Both the position numbers and the translations under genes were made by a program. The notes under the pieces were generated by a model, which worked only from the letters and a program-made list of their open reading frames with translations, ran no database searches and was not told the DNA's origin. From Candidatus Norongarragalinales archaeon (GTDB taxonomy: Archaea > Micrarchaeota > Micrarchaeia > Norongarragalinales > Norongarragalinaceae), in NCBI GenBank assembly GCA_038884755.1, contig JAWABJ010000001.1, positions 160,001-224,000 on the forward strand: a DNA stretch of 64,000 nt, written 5' to 3'. Shown in pieces: positions 18,748 through 28,040 of this stretch (the first letter of the stretch is position 1; the number at the start of each line of letters is the position of its first letter).

Positions 18748-19194
18748 ATGGCTGAAGATGCGGTGAAAAAGGAAGCTAAACCCAAGAAAATTCGAAAGAA
18801 AAAGCAGGTCGTGGAAAGGGGCAAGCGAAAGGAAGCGATAGCCCGCGCTTCAATCAAGGCAGGAAAGGGCGTGATTCGCGTTAACGGAATAGCGCTTACT
18901 GCGTTTCCCAACCCTTACGCCAGGCAAATCATGGCCGAGCCGCTGTCTTTCTTGGACCAGCAGGATTTCGACATAGACGTTTCGGTCCGCGGCGGGGGAG
19001 TGATGGGGCAGGCGCAGGCAGTGCGCACCGCAATAGCAAGAGCAATCCTGGCGTTCAAGAAGGGCAGCGAAGAGCTGAAAAAAGCGTTCGTCGATTACGA
19101 CCGGTTTATTCTTGTCGAAGACGCGAGGCGCGTGGAGCCCAAGAAGTTCAAGGGGCCAAAGGCGCGCGCTCGCTTTACTAAATCATACCGTTAA
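18748..19194 (+). CDS. rps9: 30S ribosomal protein uS9
   Basis: GKRKEAIARA, GGGVMGQAQAVRTAIAR, EPKKFKGPKARARFTKSYR. Confidence 0.97.
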   Translation: MAEDAVKKEAKPKKIRKKKQVVERGKRKEAIARASIKAGKGVIRVNGIALTAFPNPYARQIMAEPLSFLDQQDFDIDVSVRGGGVMGQAQAVRTAIARAILAFKKGSEELKKAFVDYDRFILVEDARRVEPKKFKGPKARARFTKSYR

Positions 19195-19212
19195 AATGGG
19201 GTGTTTGTGAAA

Positions 19213-19410
19213 ATGTTGATTCCCGTGCGTTGTTTTACTTGCGGCAAGCCAGTCGCCGAGTATTGGGAGTCTTTCGAAGAGCGCACTTCGAAAGGTGAGG
19301 ATGCAGGCAAGGTTTTAAGCGAATTGGGCTTGAACCGTTATTGCTGCAGGAGAATGTTCCTGGGGCAAGTGGACCTGATGGACGAAATCCTGCCCTACCA
19401 GAGGTTTTAA
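19213..19410 (+). CDS. rpoN: RNA polymerase subunit N (Rpo10)
   Basis: MLIPVRCFTCGK..RYCCRRM. Confidence 0.97.
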   Translation: MLIPVRCFTCGKPVAEYWESFEERTSKGEDAGKVLSELGLNRYCCRRMFLGQVDLMDEILPYQRF

Positions 19411-19439
19411 CTTTTTCTCGACACCCCATTAGTAGAGAT

Positions 19440-19512
19440 GGGGCTGTGGGGTAGCCTGGTATCCTGCATGGCTGGGGGCCATGCGACCTGAGTTCGAATC
19501 TCAGCAGCCCCA
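19440..19512 (+). tRNA. tRNA-Pro(GGG), no intron
   Basis: GGGGCTG/CAGCCCC; CATGG-CTGGGGG-CCATG; TTCGAAT. Confidence 0.95.
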
Positions 19513-19546
19513 CTGTTTTTTTTTCATGCCACCTGAGGCTTCAAAA

Positions 19547-20794
19547 ATGGACAAAAAAAAGGCAATGCTCTGGATATTGTTTTCGGTCGTGTTTCTTGAT
19601 CTGCTGGGCTTCGGCTTGGTAATCCCTATTTTCGCGCCTTTGTTCATCAACCCTTCCTACGGACTGCTTCCTTTGGACTACTCTTACGAAACGCGCGCGG
19701 TTTTGCTCGGTTTGTTTCTCGGCTCTTACGCGATGATGATGTTCTTTTCCACTCCCATTCTCGGCGCGCTGTCGGACAAGCACGGCCGCAAGAAGCTCTT
19801 GATTTTTTCACTCGCGGGAACGGTAGTAGGGTATTTGATTATCGGCGCAGGCGTTTTTACTAAAAACGTTTGGCTGATGTTCGCAGGCCGCATTCTCGAC
19901 GGGATTACGGGCGGCAACATTTCAATCGCGCAAGCCGCTATCGCTGATTTGAGCGACGAGAAATCGAAAGCAAAAAACTTTGGTTTGATAGGCATGGCTT
20001 TCGGGCTGGGTTTCATCATCGGCCCGTTTTTGGGCGGAAAGCTTTCCGACCCGAACGTGGTTTCGTGGTTCAATACCGCGACGCCGTTCTGGTTTACCGC
20101 CGCGTTTTCCCTCTGCGCCTTGCTCTTGCTCGCATGGCGTTTTGAAGAGACTCTGGAGAAAAAGAACGAGCGCATCAAAATCGACGCTTTCACTGGCTTG
20201 CGCAACGTTGCGAAAGGCCTTGCCATGCGCAATTTGCGCGTGATGTTTGCGGTGCTTATGCTTTTTGCCTTCGGCTTCACTTTCTTCAACCAGTTTTTCC
20301 AAGTGTTTTTGATAAAACGCTTTTCATTCACTCCCGCGCAGATAGGAGATTTCTTCGCTTTCTTCGGGCTGTGCGCCGCATTAACGCAAGGCGTGATAGT
20401 GCGCTGGGTTTCCCCTCGCTTTCCTCCTGAATCCGTGCTTTCCAAAAGCCTGCTGGGCATTTCGTTGTGCATGGCCGCCACGCTGCTCGTTCCCCAAGCT
20501 TGGGGGTTGTACCTGCTCGTGCCTTTGCTTTCTGTCTTTCAAGGGCTTTCCTTCCCCAACACCACCGCCCTTATGTCCAACCTCGCTGGCAAAGAGTCGC
20601 AAGGCGAGATTCTCGGCATAAGCACTTCCATCCAGTCGCTGGGAATGGCTTTGCCGCCTCTGGTTGCAGGACTGATAGCTGCATTGGACTATACTTTCCC
20701 CGTGTTAGCTGCCAGTTTACTCATGCTTTTAGCTTGGGCGGTTTTCGTTTTTTCCTTCAAGCCTTCTTTGAAACAAGCGTTTCACGAAGCGTGA
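19547..20794 (+). CDS. MFS transporter, DHA1/TetA-like
   Basis: LDLLGFGLVIP, GALSDKHGRK motif A, GRILDGITGGN, FGLGFIIGP motif C. Confidence 0.9.
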   Translation: MDKKKAMLWILFSVVFLDLLGFGLVIPIFAPLFINPSYGLLPLDYSYETRAVLLGLFLGSYAMMMFFSTPILGALSDKHGRKKLLIFSLAGTVVGYLIIGAGVFTKNVWLMFAGRILDGITGGNISIAQAAIADLSDEKSKAKNFGLIGMAFGLGFIIGPFLGGKLSDPNVVSWFNTATPFWFTAAFSLCALLLLAWRFEETLEKKNERIKIDAFTGLRNVAKGLAMRNLRVMFAVLMLFAFGFTFFNQFFQVFLIKRFSFTPAQIGDFFAFFGLCAALTQGVIVRWVSPRFPPESVLSKSLLGISLCMAATLLVPQAWGLYLLVPLLSVFQGLSFPNTTALMSNLAGKESQGEILGISTSIQSLGMALPPLVAGLIAALDYTFPVLAASLLMLLAWAVFVFSFKPSLKQAFHEA

Positions 20795-21714
20795 GTTTCG
20801 TCGTCAAGCTCTTTCTTCGACTTCCAAAAGAAGAATCCTATAACGGCGAAGGTGATTGCTCCCGAAGTCCACTCGGGAATGTGCATTCCGAAAGCGTTCA
20901 AAATCATTATGCAACCCAAGAAAAGCACGGAGTACATTGCGCCGTTCTTCAAGTACCCGTATTTCTTTACCCGTTCGATGTTGCTTATGGTCAACTGGCG
21001 CACGGCAATTGCTCCCAATCCGCTTCCGATTATTATCAATGGCACAGAGAAAGTGAATGCGAACGCTCCAAGCACCCCGTCGATGGAGAACGTTGCGTCT
21101 ATGACTTCCAAGTACATTATCTTGCTCCAGTCGCTCAAGTGCGTTCCTTCGTGCATTAATTCCCTTTCCTTCATTTCAGCGTTTTGTTTGAAGCCATGGG
21201 TAATGAAAAAAGCCGTCGAGCCCACGACCGCCCCGAAAGCCATCATGTCGTTCTTTTGGAGTGCAAACCACGTGAGTACCGTAAGCAGAATTGCGACTAC
21301 GGTGTAGAACCACACGCCCCTCTTGTAAATTGGCTCTTCCCAACTCATTCCGAACTTCTTTTTCTCGAGGAAAAGCCAGTTCAACCCCAGGAAAACCATG
21401 AACACTCCCGCCATCATTAGCAGCACGGGTTTGCTTTGTTCTATCTGTTCTGCAACCGCCGGGTCTTCGCTCAAGGTTGCGGTGAAAGAGCCTTGAATGC
21501 CGAGGGAAGGGTTTGAAACGAATATTATGAACCACGGCAGCAAGCCCCTGACCAGGAACACGGCGATGAGCATTCCCCAAAGCAAAAACCACCTTTTCGC
21601 CTTTTCGCTCATCGTGTTCAAAACGTGGGCGTTTATGACCGCGTTGTCCACGCTCAGGATTAGCTCGAATACCGCCAATCCCAAAACAGCTAGAACTGCG
21701 GAAAAAACATCCAC
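20782..21714 (-). CDS. DUF475 / TerC-related membrane protein
   Basis: FELILSVDNAVINA, YLEVIDATFSIDGVLGAFA; start uncertain. Confidence 0.85.
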   Translation of the reverse strand: MDVFSAVLAVLGLAVFELILSVDNAVINAHVLNTMSEKAKRWFLLWGMLIAVFLVRGLLPWFIIFVSNPSLGIQGSFTATLSEDPAVAEQIEQSKPVLLMMAGVFMVFLGLNWLFLEKKKFGMSWEEPIYKRGVWFYTVVAILLTVLTWFALQKNDMMAFGAVVGSTAFFITHGFKQNAEMKERELMHEGTHLSDWSKIMYLEVIDATFSIDGVLGAFAFTFSVPLIIIGSGLGAIAVRQLTISNIERVKKYGYLKNGAMYSVLFLGCIMILNAFGMHIPEWTSGAITFAVIGFFFWKSKKELDDETHAS

Positions 21715-21803
21715 CTTGCAAACGCCCTTTTTTTCTTCCTGAAATTGAAAACTAGTTTCGAATTGCAAGGTTAATTAAGTTTTTCAAACCTTTTTCTATA
21801 ACT

Positions 21804-21985
21804 GCGGCGATGGTCTAGTGGTATGATCCGAGCCTTCCATTGAATTTTTCTTTTTTTTTACAAAAAAAGAAAAATTCAGTAAAGAAAAAACTTTCAGGAA
21901 AGCTTGAGGCCCGGGTTCGATAGGGGCGAAACTGCGTTTCTCCCTCTTCCTTTCGGAAAAGGTGCCGAAAATCCCGGTCGCCGCA
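21804..21985 (+). tRNA. tRNA-Gly(TCC) with two introns: 37/38 (21840-21900) and 59/60 (21922-21971)
   Basis: GCGGCGA/TCGCCGC; CGAGC-CTTCCA|A-GCTTG; CCGGG-TTCGAT|T-CCCGG with TTCG/CGAA central helix. Confidence 0.9.
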
Positions 21986-21995
21986 CTTTTTTTTT

Positions 21996-22328
21996 TCAAA
22001 TCCTGTAAAACTGCAAGTGCGGTATTCCTTTTATTTTCTTTACGTTCGCTTTGTTGAAGCCCAGCGCCTTTTGCGCGGCTGCGACGGACTTTTCCCCGAC
22101 AATGTTGACGTTCTCGGCGTTGCGCAGCAATTCCACCGCCTGGATTTCGGTTACGGTGTAGCCTTCGTAGAAAGAACGGTATGCCTTGAGGTCGAGCGTC
22201 TTCTCTCCTTGAGTGAAGCATTTTCCCAAAAGCTCGGTGTCGCACAACGCGAGGATTTTCGTTTCAAAGCCGCGCGCCGAGCGCAAGTGGACGCGTGCGG
22301 TGATGCTGCTTTTCAAAGCGTTTCTCAC
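21996..22328 (-). CDS. DUF424 family protein
   Basis: ILALCDTELLGK, FYEG, NVNIVGEKSV, IKGIPHLQ. Confidence 0.85.
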   Translation of the reverse strand: MRNALKSSITARVHLRSARGFETKILALCDTELLGKCFTQGEKTLDLKAYRSFYEGYTVTEIQAVELLRNAENVNIVGEKSVAAAQKALGFNKANVKKIKGIPHLQFYRI

Positions 22329-22684
22329 TTTTTGCCGTACTTCTTGAAGTAATCTTCCAAAAGCTCTTTTACTTGGTCTATCGTGGCGAATTCCAAGGGG
22401 TTTATTTCTTCGAGCAGGGCCTTGAGCTCGCGCAGTTCCTGCCTGGTGGCGAACTTGCTTTCGTCTATTTGCGCCCCCCTTCCTCCTCCGCCTTCCCTCG
22501 CGACTTTCTCTACCTTCTCGTTCAACGTGATGAGCGTGCGGCCCATGATTTCCTCGTTTTTTTCCATGGTTTTTAGCTTTTGGGCTATGAGGTTTATCTT
22601 GGAATCGAGGGTCTGCAGTTCGGAATTAAATGCTTCCAGAACGTCCTGTGGTTTTGCGGGCCTTTGCGGCGGCATTGTCATCAA
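22325..22684 (-). CDS. Hypothetical coiled-coil protein
   Basis: Heptad-rich ORF overlapping the DUF424 start by 4 nt. Confidence 0.6.
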   Translation of the reverse strand: MMTMPPQRPAKPQDVLEAFNSELQTLDSKINLIAQKLKTMEKNEEIMGRTLITLNEKVEKVAREGGGGRGAQIDESKFATRQELRELKALLEEINPLEFATIDQVKELLEDYFKKYGKK

Positions 22685-22761
22685 TCCCCTTTTTGAGCGT
22701 GTTGGTCAAACCGTTTCACGCAGCCGGCTCTTAAATAGGTTTGCCGGCGCTCCCGCAAATA

Positions 22762-22889
22762 TAATATAGACGTCGGCTATCCACGTCTAAAAGGACTGGT
22801 TTTAAAAGCCGACTTCTATAGCTGCAGAAATGCAATGCATTCGTCCGCTTGCTGAAGCAAACGGTTTTCTGCATTTCTGCATAAAACTC
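22762..22889 (+). other. Two-hairpin structured element, copy 1 (candidate ncRNA or operator array)
   Basis: TATAGACGTCGGC(22765-77)/GCCGACTTCTATA(22808-20), GC linker, TGCAGAAATGCA(22823-34)/TGCATTTCTGCA(22870-81); homologous to 58281-58350 in reverse. Confidence 0.65.
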
Positions 22890-22920
22890 TTGGGCTGGTA
22901 GAAACTTAAGGTGGGTTTTT

Positions 22921-25371
22921 TTGAAGGGGGATAAAAACGGCGTATTGCGGGCTTTCCTGCTTGAAGTCGACCACGCTCTGGTCGAAGGCGAGAGCGCCGT
23001 GCGCCTCATGCTTAAGCTGGAAGACGGGCGCACTATACGCTTGTACGACTCTTTCGAGCCTTACTTTCTCGTAAAGCCTGCTGAAAAAAGCGAACTGCAA
23101 AAGTGCAAAGAAAACTTGGAGAAAATGCGCGCCTTCGGAAAATCCGGCGAAGTCAAGGCAAAGCGGGTGGAGGAAACGCAGCTTTCCTTCAGAAACCAAC
23201 GCTTGCAGTTGCTGAAAGTTTTCGCTTTCCGCGCGTCCGACGTGCCCTTGCTGCGCAAAGATGCTGAAAAGCACGGCGTTCCGTTCGAGTTCGACATTCC
23301 CTACACGCGGCGCTATCTTTTGGACAAGCGCCTTCGCCCTAACGCCTTGCATGAAGTGGCGCACGATGGGCTGAAAGTAAAGGCAATAAGGGTGTTGGAT
23401 TTGCAAGGTGAAACTCCGAAATTCCGCATGCTTTCTCTTGATATTGAAACTTACAATCCGGACTCGATGCCCAATGCAGAGAAAGACCCTGTTTTGATGA
23501 TCGGCTTTGACGGCGAAGCGAAAGGCGTTTTTTCGTTCAAGAAAAAGTTTTCTCGCGATTTTGTTAAGGCTTTCGCTTCCGAGAAGGAAATGATAGAGGC
23601 GTACTGCGCTTTGCTCAAGGAAAAGAAAATCGATTTGGTGTGCACTTACAACGGCGACCAGTTCGACTTGCCTTACTTGGACACCCGTTCGAAGCGCATA
23701 GGCGCTTCGTTGCGGTTGGGAAGGGACAAGACTCCTGTGAAAACCAAGCGCCTTGGCTTGCGGAATGTTTCTAAAATTTCCGGGAGGATTCACTACGACG
23801 TTTTTCCCGTCGCTTCGTTCTTGAATTTCATCGGCACGATCAAAGTGGAGCGCCTTACGCTGGAGGAAGTTTATGCGACGGTTCTGGGCGGAAAAAAGCT
23901 GGGCGTAAAAAAGGAAGAAATCCACAGGATTTGGGATTCCGGCTCGCAGAAAGAACTCGATTTTCTCGCGGAGTACTGCCTTACGGATGCGATAGCGTGC
24001 ATAGCGCTCACCAAACACTTCCTGCACTTACATATGGAATTGGGAAAGCTGGTGCAAATGCCGCTGTCGGAAGTTTCGCGCGCGACCGCGTCGCAATTGG
24101 TGGAAACGTACCTGCTGGGAAAGGCTTTTGCGCGCAACGAACTCGTTCCCAACAAACCTTCTTCCACCGACATTTACTCGCGGCAGTCGCCCGTGGAAGG
24201 CGCTTTCGTGAAAACTCCCGACGCGGGGCTGTACGAGAACATTGCGGTCCTGGATTTCCGTTCGCTGTACCCCTCCATAATAATTTCGCACAACATCGAC
24301 GCTACCACTTTCAACTGCGACTGCTGCGGGAAAGACGGCTTCGTTTCGCCGCAAGGGCACCGGTTTTGCAAAAAACGCAAGGGGATAATTCCGGAAATGC
24401 TCGAGGAGATTTTGAAGGAGCGCACGCGCATACGCTCTGAAATGAAAAAGCTCGAGCCTTCTTCGAAGGAATACAGGGCTTTGGATGCCAGGCAGTGGAG
24501 TTTAAAGATTCTTGCGAACAGCACTTACGGTTATTTGCTTTACGCACGCTCGCGGTGGTACTCCCGCGAGGGCGGGGAGGCGACTACCGCGTGGGGGAGG
24601 CACTACGTGCAGGACGTGCTGAAAAAGGCAGAAGAGTTCGGGCTCAAGCCTTTGTATGCCGATACGGATTCGGCGTTCTTGCTTTATGAAGACAAGAAGA
24701 AGGTGGTGGAGTTCCAGAAGAAAGTCAACTCTTCTCTTCCCGAAGCCATGCAGTTGGAGCTAGAGGGTTTTTACCCGCGCGGGATTTTCGTTTCCAGGAA
24801 AGTGAAGGGGGCGGAGGAGAAGGGTGCGAAGAAGAAGTACGCGCTTATCGGCGAGGACGGGAAAATCAAAATCCGGGGTTTCGAGCTTGTACGCAGGGAC
24901 TGGAGCAAAATCGCGCGGGAGACGCAGCGCAAGGTTTTGGAACTGATGCTGAAGGAAGGCAGCGTGGAAAATGCTGTCGCGCTGGTGAAAAACGTCTTGC
25001 TGGAGCTTAAGGCAGGGAAGGTTCCTCTTGAAGACTGTGTGATATACACTCAGCTTCGCAAGAGCGCTTCCTCGTACGAAGTGCTTTCGCCAGAATTGGG
25101 CGCGGTGGAGCATGCCCGGAAACAAGGGATTAGGGTTCCTGCCAACGCTGTCATTGGATATGTGGTCACGAAAGAAGGGAAGGAAGCGTCGAAAAGCAAG
25201 CAGAAGATTCACTTGCAGTCTAGGCTCGTCGAACTTGCGAAAGATTACGACGCCGACTATTACATAAACCACCAGGTTTTGCCTGCGGTGCTTCGTATTC
25301 TGGGTTCGTTGGGTTTCGACGAGGATTCCTTGAAAAACAAGGGAAAGCAGACTGGCTTGGGCTCGTGGTGA
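22921..25371 (+). CDS. polB: Family B DNA polymerase
   Basis: Exo motifs DIETY, YNGDQFD, YCLTD; polymerase motifs DFRSLYPS, KILANSTYGY, YADTDS; C-terminal PIP-like QTGLGSW. Confidence 0.96.
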   Translation: MKGDKNGVLRAFLLEVDHALVEGESAVRLMLKLEDGRTIRLYDSFEPYFLVKPAEKSELQKCKENLEKMRAFGKSGEVKAKRVEETQLSFRNQRLQLLKVFAFRASDVPLLRKDAEKHGVPFEFDIPYTRRYLLDKRLRPNALHEVAHDGLKVKAIRVLDLQGETPKFRMLSLDIETYNPDSMPNAEKDPVLMIGFDGEAKGVFSFKKKFSRDFVKAFASEKEMIEAYCALLKEKKIDLVCTYNGDQFDLPYLDTRSKRIGASLRLGRDKTPVKTKRLGLRNVSKISGRIHYDVFPVASFLNFIGTIKVERLTLEEVYATVLGGKKLGVKKEEIHRIWDSGSQKELDFLAEYCLTDAIACIALTKHFLHLHMELGKLVQMPLSEVSRATASQLVETYLLGKAFARNELVPNKPSSTDIYSRQSPVEGAFVKTPDAGLYENIAVLDFRSLYPSIIISHNIDATTFNCDCCGKDGFVSPQGHRFCKKRKGIIPEMLEEILKERTRIRSEMKKLEPSSKEYRALDARQWSLKILANSTYGYLLYARSRWYSREGGEATTAWGRHYVQDVLKKAEEFGLKPLYADTDSAFLLYEDKKKVVEFQKKVNSSLPEAMQLELEGFYPRGIFVSRKVKGAEEKGAKKKYALIGEDGKIKIRGFELVRRDWSKIARETQRKVLELMLKEGSVENAVALVKNVLLELKAGKVPLEDCVIYTQLRKSASSYEVLSPELGAVEHARKQGIRVPANAVIGYVVTKEGKEASKSKQKIHLQSRLVELAKDYDADYYINHQVLPAVLRILGSLGFDEDSLKNKGKQTGLGSW

Positions 25372-25424
25372 AAACCGAAAACCGTTTTAAATGCGCGCGC
25401 AGTAAGATTTTCAAGGGTTGTTTG

Positions 25425-25772
25425 ATGATAATAAGCAGGCAGGTTCTTTTGGTCATCGCCTTAGCCATGCTGGCAGTTTCGCTCGTGTTCTTAACTTGGG
25501 TTTTGCAACTCCCGTCCTATGCGCCGCAGGCTGTGGGGTACGTTCCTCCTGCCGTGGGTATAGTTTCGGTGGAAGTCGTGGCTACCGCAACGCCTTCGGC
25601 TACTGCAGACCCCGCGGTCGTGGACTTTTGCTCTTCCTATCCGAAAGACTTGCAGCAAGCTTGCGTTGACGGAATAACCGCCGGAGGGGGAAGAATTCCC
25701 GAAAGCTCGCAAGACTGCGAGCTCGTTCCAGAAGAACTGCGCGAAGAGTGCATGCGGAATTTCGCGGGCTAG
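25425..25772 (+). CDS. Small N-anchored membrane protein
   Basis: N-terminal TM, Pro/Thr linker, four-Cys C-terminal module. Confidence 0.6.
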   Translation: MIISRQVLLVIALAMLAVSLVFLTWVLQLPSYAPQAVGYVPPAVGIVSVEVVATATPSATADPAVVDFCSSYPKDLQQACVDGITAGGGRIPESSQDCELVPEELREECMRNFAG

Positions 25773-25837
25773 GTGCTTTCACTCGCACGACGCTTTTAAA
25801 AACAAGTTTGAATCATTTTTTACCGGGGGGTTTAACA

Positions 25838-26059
25838 ATGTTGGAAAAACATTCGGTTTTGCTCGTGGCAATTGGCTTTCTGGCTTTGTCCGTAGCCTTC
25901 TTCGTTTGGGTTGCGTTTTTGCCTCCCGCTCCTTTGGTGCCAGTGAACAACCAAATTCCTCAAGCCGGGCGGGTTGAAGCCTACGTTTTGCCTCCCAGCC
26001 CGACGCCTTGGCAGGAGGCGCCTGCCACTCCGTCTCCGCCCGAAGAGGAGCAGGCTTAA
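25838..26059 (+). CDS. Small N-anchored membrane protein, likely paralog of upstream gene
   Basis: VLLV...L..S..F..WV..LP and G.V...V pattern shared with 25425..25772. Confidence 0.55.
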   Translation: MLEKHSVLLVAIGFLALSVAFFVWVAFLPPAPLVPVNNQIPQAGRVEAYVLPPSPTPWQEAPATPSPPEEEQA

Positions 26060-26147
26060 ACTCCCGTTGTTTCCCGCGCTTTTTGATTCGATCACGTTTG
26101 TATGCATAAAATGCCTTTCAATGTTTTTTTTTTGCGTGTGAAGAAAA

Positions 26148-27032
26148 ATGGTTTCCGAGGAAGAATTGAAGAATTATTTGCAAGCGGCTAGGGTGCACGA
26201 GGCTGCGCAGGAAACAGCGCGCAGCGTGGTGAAAGAAGGAGCGGGCGTCCTGGCCGCAGCGAATGCGATTGAAAAGGAGATTGTGGATTCCGGCGGAAAG
26301 CCCGCTTTTCCCGTCAACATTTCCTTCGACAGCGAAGCGGCGCACAACACTCCTGTTGTGGGCGACAAGCGGGTGTTTGCGAGAGAAGTTGTGAAAGTTG
26401 ATATTGGCGTGCATGTCGCCGGTTGCATAATAGATTCTGGGTTTACCATGGATTTGGGCGGCGAGCAAGGAAAGCTCGTGGAAGCAAGCGAACAGGCGTT
26501 GAAAGACGCTTTGAGCGTGATGCGCGCGGGAGCAAAAGCGAAGGAAGTCGGTGCAGTAATAGAGAAAACCATCCGAAACAAGGGCTTCAAGCCCGTGGAA
26601 AACTTGTCGGGGCACTTGCTCGAGCCGTATAACCTTCATGCAGGCGTGGAAGTTCCGAATGTTGCGAAAGGCGGGGAGCATGTTTTTGAGGAAGGCGAGG
26701 TTTTTGCCGTCGAGCCTTTTGCTTCCACGGGCGCGGGGTTCGTTAGCGACGGGCCGGCTCCAGCGGAAATTTTTTCGATAATCGCGTTGAAGAACGTGCG
26801 CATGCAGCGCAGCCGCGAGTTTTTGCACAAGGTGTTCGAAGAGCGGCAGCTTTTGCCTTTCGCCAAGCGCTGGTTTGCCGAGGAAAAAATGCTGGATTTC
26901 ACGTTGCGCGATTTGGCCAGGCAAGGCGTATTGCACGACTACCCTGTTTTGGTAGACGAGGGCAAGGGCTTGGTTTCTCAGGCGGAGTCTACAGTGATTA
27001 TAGAAAAGGATTCCGTGCGCGTGCTCGTTTGA
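26148..27032 (+). CDS. map: Methionine aminopeptidase type II
   Basis: PAFPVNIS, AAHNTP, KVDIGVHVAG, NLSGH, AVEPFAS. Confidence 0.95.
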   Translation: MVSEEELKNYLQAARVHEAAQETARSVVKEGAGVLAAANAIEKEIVDSGGKPAFPVNISFDSEAAHNTPVVGDKRVFAREVVKVDIGVHVAGCIIDSGFTMDLGGEQGKLVEASEQALKDALSVMRAGAKAKEVGAVIEKTIRNKGFKPVENLSGHLLEPYNLHAGVEVPNVAKGGEHVFEEGEVFAVEPFASTGAGFVSDGPAPAEIFSIIALKNVRMQRSREFLHKVFEERQLLPFAKRWFAEEKMLDFTLRDLARQGVLHDYPVLVDEGKGLVSQAESTVIIEKDSVRVLV

Positions 27033-27048
27033 GCGGTTATGCAGAACT

Positions 27049-27969
27049 TTATTTAGCGCCGAGCAACAGCGCAATCAACGCCATTCTCACTGGCACGCCG
27101 TTCGCTGCTTGGCGGAAGTATGCCGCGCGAAGATCGCCGTCAACGCTTTCTTCTATTTCCCCTATCCTGGGCAAGGGGTGCATTACTATTGATTTCGGCT
27201 TCATTTTCGACAAAAGCGAATTGTCCACGTGATACAACGACTTTAGTTTTTGGTAGTCGTCTTGCGGAGAAAGGCGTTCTTTCTGCAAGCGCGTGACGTA
27301 AAGAACGTCGAGGTTGCCTGCAATTTGGCTGACGTTTTCGCAAAACTCCACGCGCGAGCCTTTCGCTTCTGCCTTCTTAACGTATTCTCCGGGCATTTGC
27401 AGCGAAGGCGGCGCTATGCAATAGAAATTCGCGCCGAAGCGCGATGCGCCCATTATGAGCGAATGGACTGTGCGCCCGTACTTCAAATCGCCGTAAAACC
27501 CTATGTTCACGTCCAGTCTTCCCAACTCCTTCTTGATTGTGTACAAATCAAGCAGCGTTTGCGTAGGGTGTTCGCCCTTACCTTCCCCCCCGCTTATCAC
27601 GGGTATCGAGGCATATTCGGCCGCGAGGGAAAGCGAGTTCGGTTGCGAGTGCCGCATTGCTATCACGTCGGCATAGCCGTCGATAATGCGGATGGTGTCC
27701 TGCAAAGTTTCTCCTTTGGCTACAGAAGTCCCGCTGGTGTCGGAAAAGCCTATTGCGCTTCCGCCGAGGCGAAGCATGGCCGTTTGGAAAGAGAATTGCG
27801 TGCGCGTGGAAGGCTCGAAAAAAAGCGTGGCGAGAACCTTGCCTTGGCAAAGCGTGGTCGGCCTGTGCTTGGCTTCCTCCATTTCCGCGGCGGTTTCCAA
27901 AACGCTTTGCACTTCCGAGTCGGCGAAATCGTTTATTGAAATCAAGTCGCGTCCTTTCAGGGAACCCAT
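27049..27969 (-). CDS. pyrB: Aspartate carbamoyltransferase catalytic subunit
   Basis: FFEPSTRT, HPTQTLLD, GDLKYGRTVHSL, TRLQKER, MHPLPR. Confidence 0.96.
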   Translation of the reverse strand: MGSLKGRDLISINDFADSEVQSVLETAAEMEEAKHRPTTLCQGKVLATLFFEPSTRTQFSFQTAMLRLGGSAIGFSDTSGTSVAKGETLQDTIRIIDGYADVIAMRHSQPNSLSLAAEYASIPVISGGEGKGEHPTQTLLDLYTIKKELGRLDVNIGFYGDLKYGRTVHSLIMGASRFGANFYCIAPPSLQMPGEYVKKAEAKGSRVEFCENVSQIAGNLDVLYVTRLQKERLSPQDDYQKLKSLYHVDNSLLSKMKPKSIVMHPLPRIGEIEESVDGDLRAAYFRQAANGVPVRMALIALLLGAK

Positions 27970-28040
27970 CTTTCCCACCAACTCCCCCACCAAGCAAATT
28001 GTTGGGTCAAGTTTTTATTTGAGTGTGTTTTTCTTCTTTC

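Noticed and set aside
22906..24027. Long antisense ORFs (also 41204-42343, 47043-48068, 54028-55344)
   Set aside because: They are shadow frames of well-supported genes and have no recognisable motifs.
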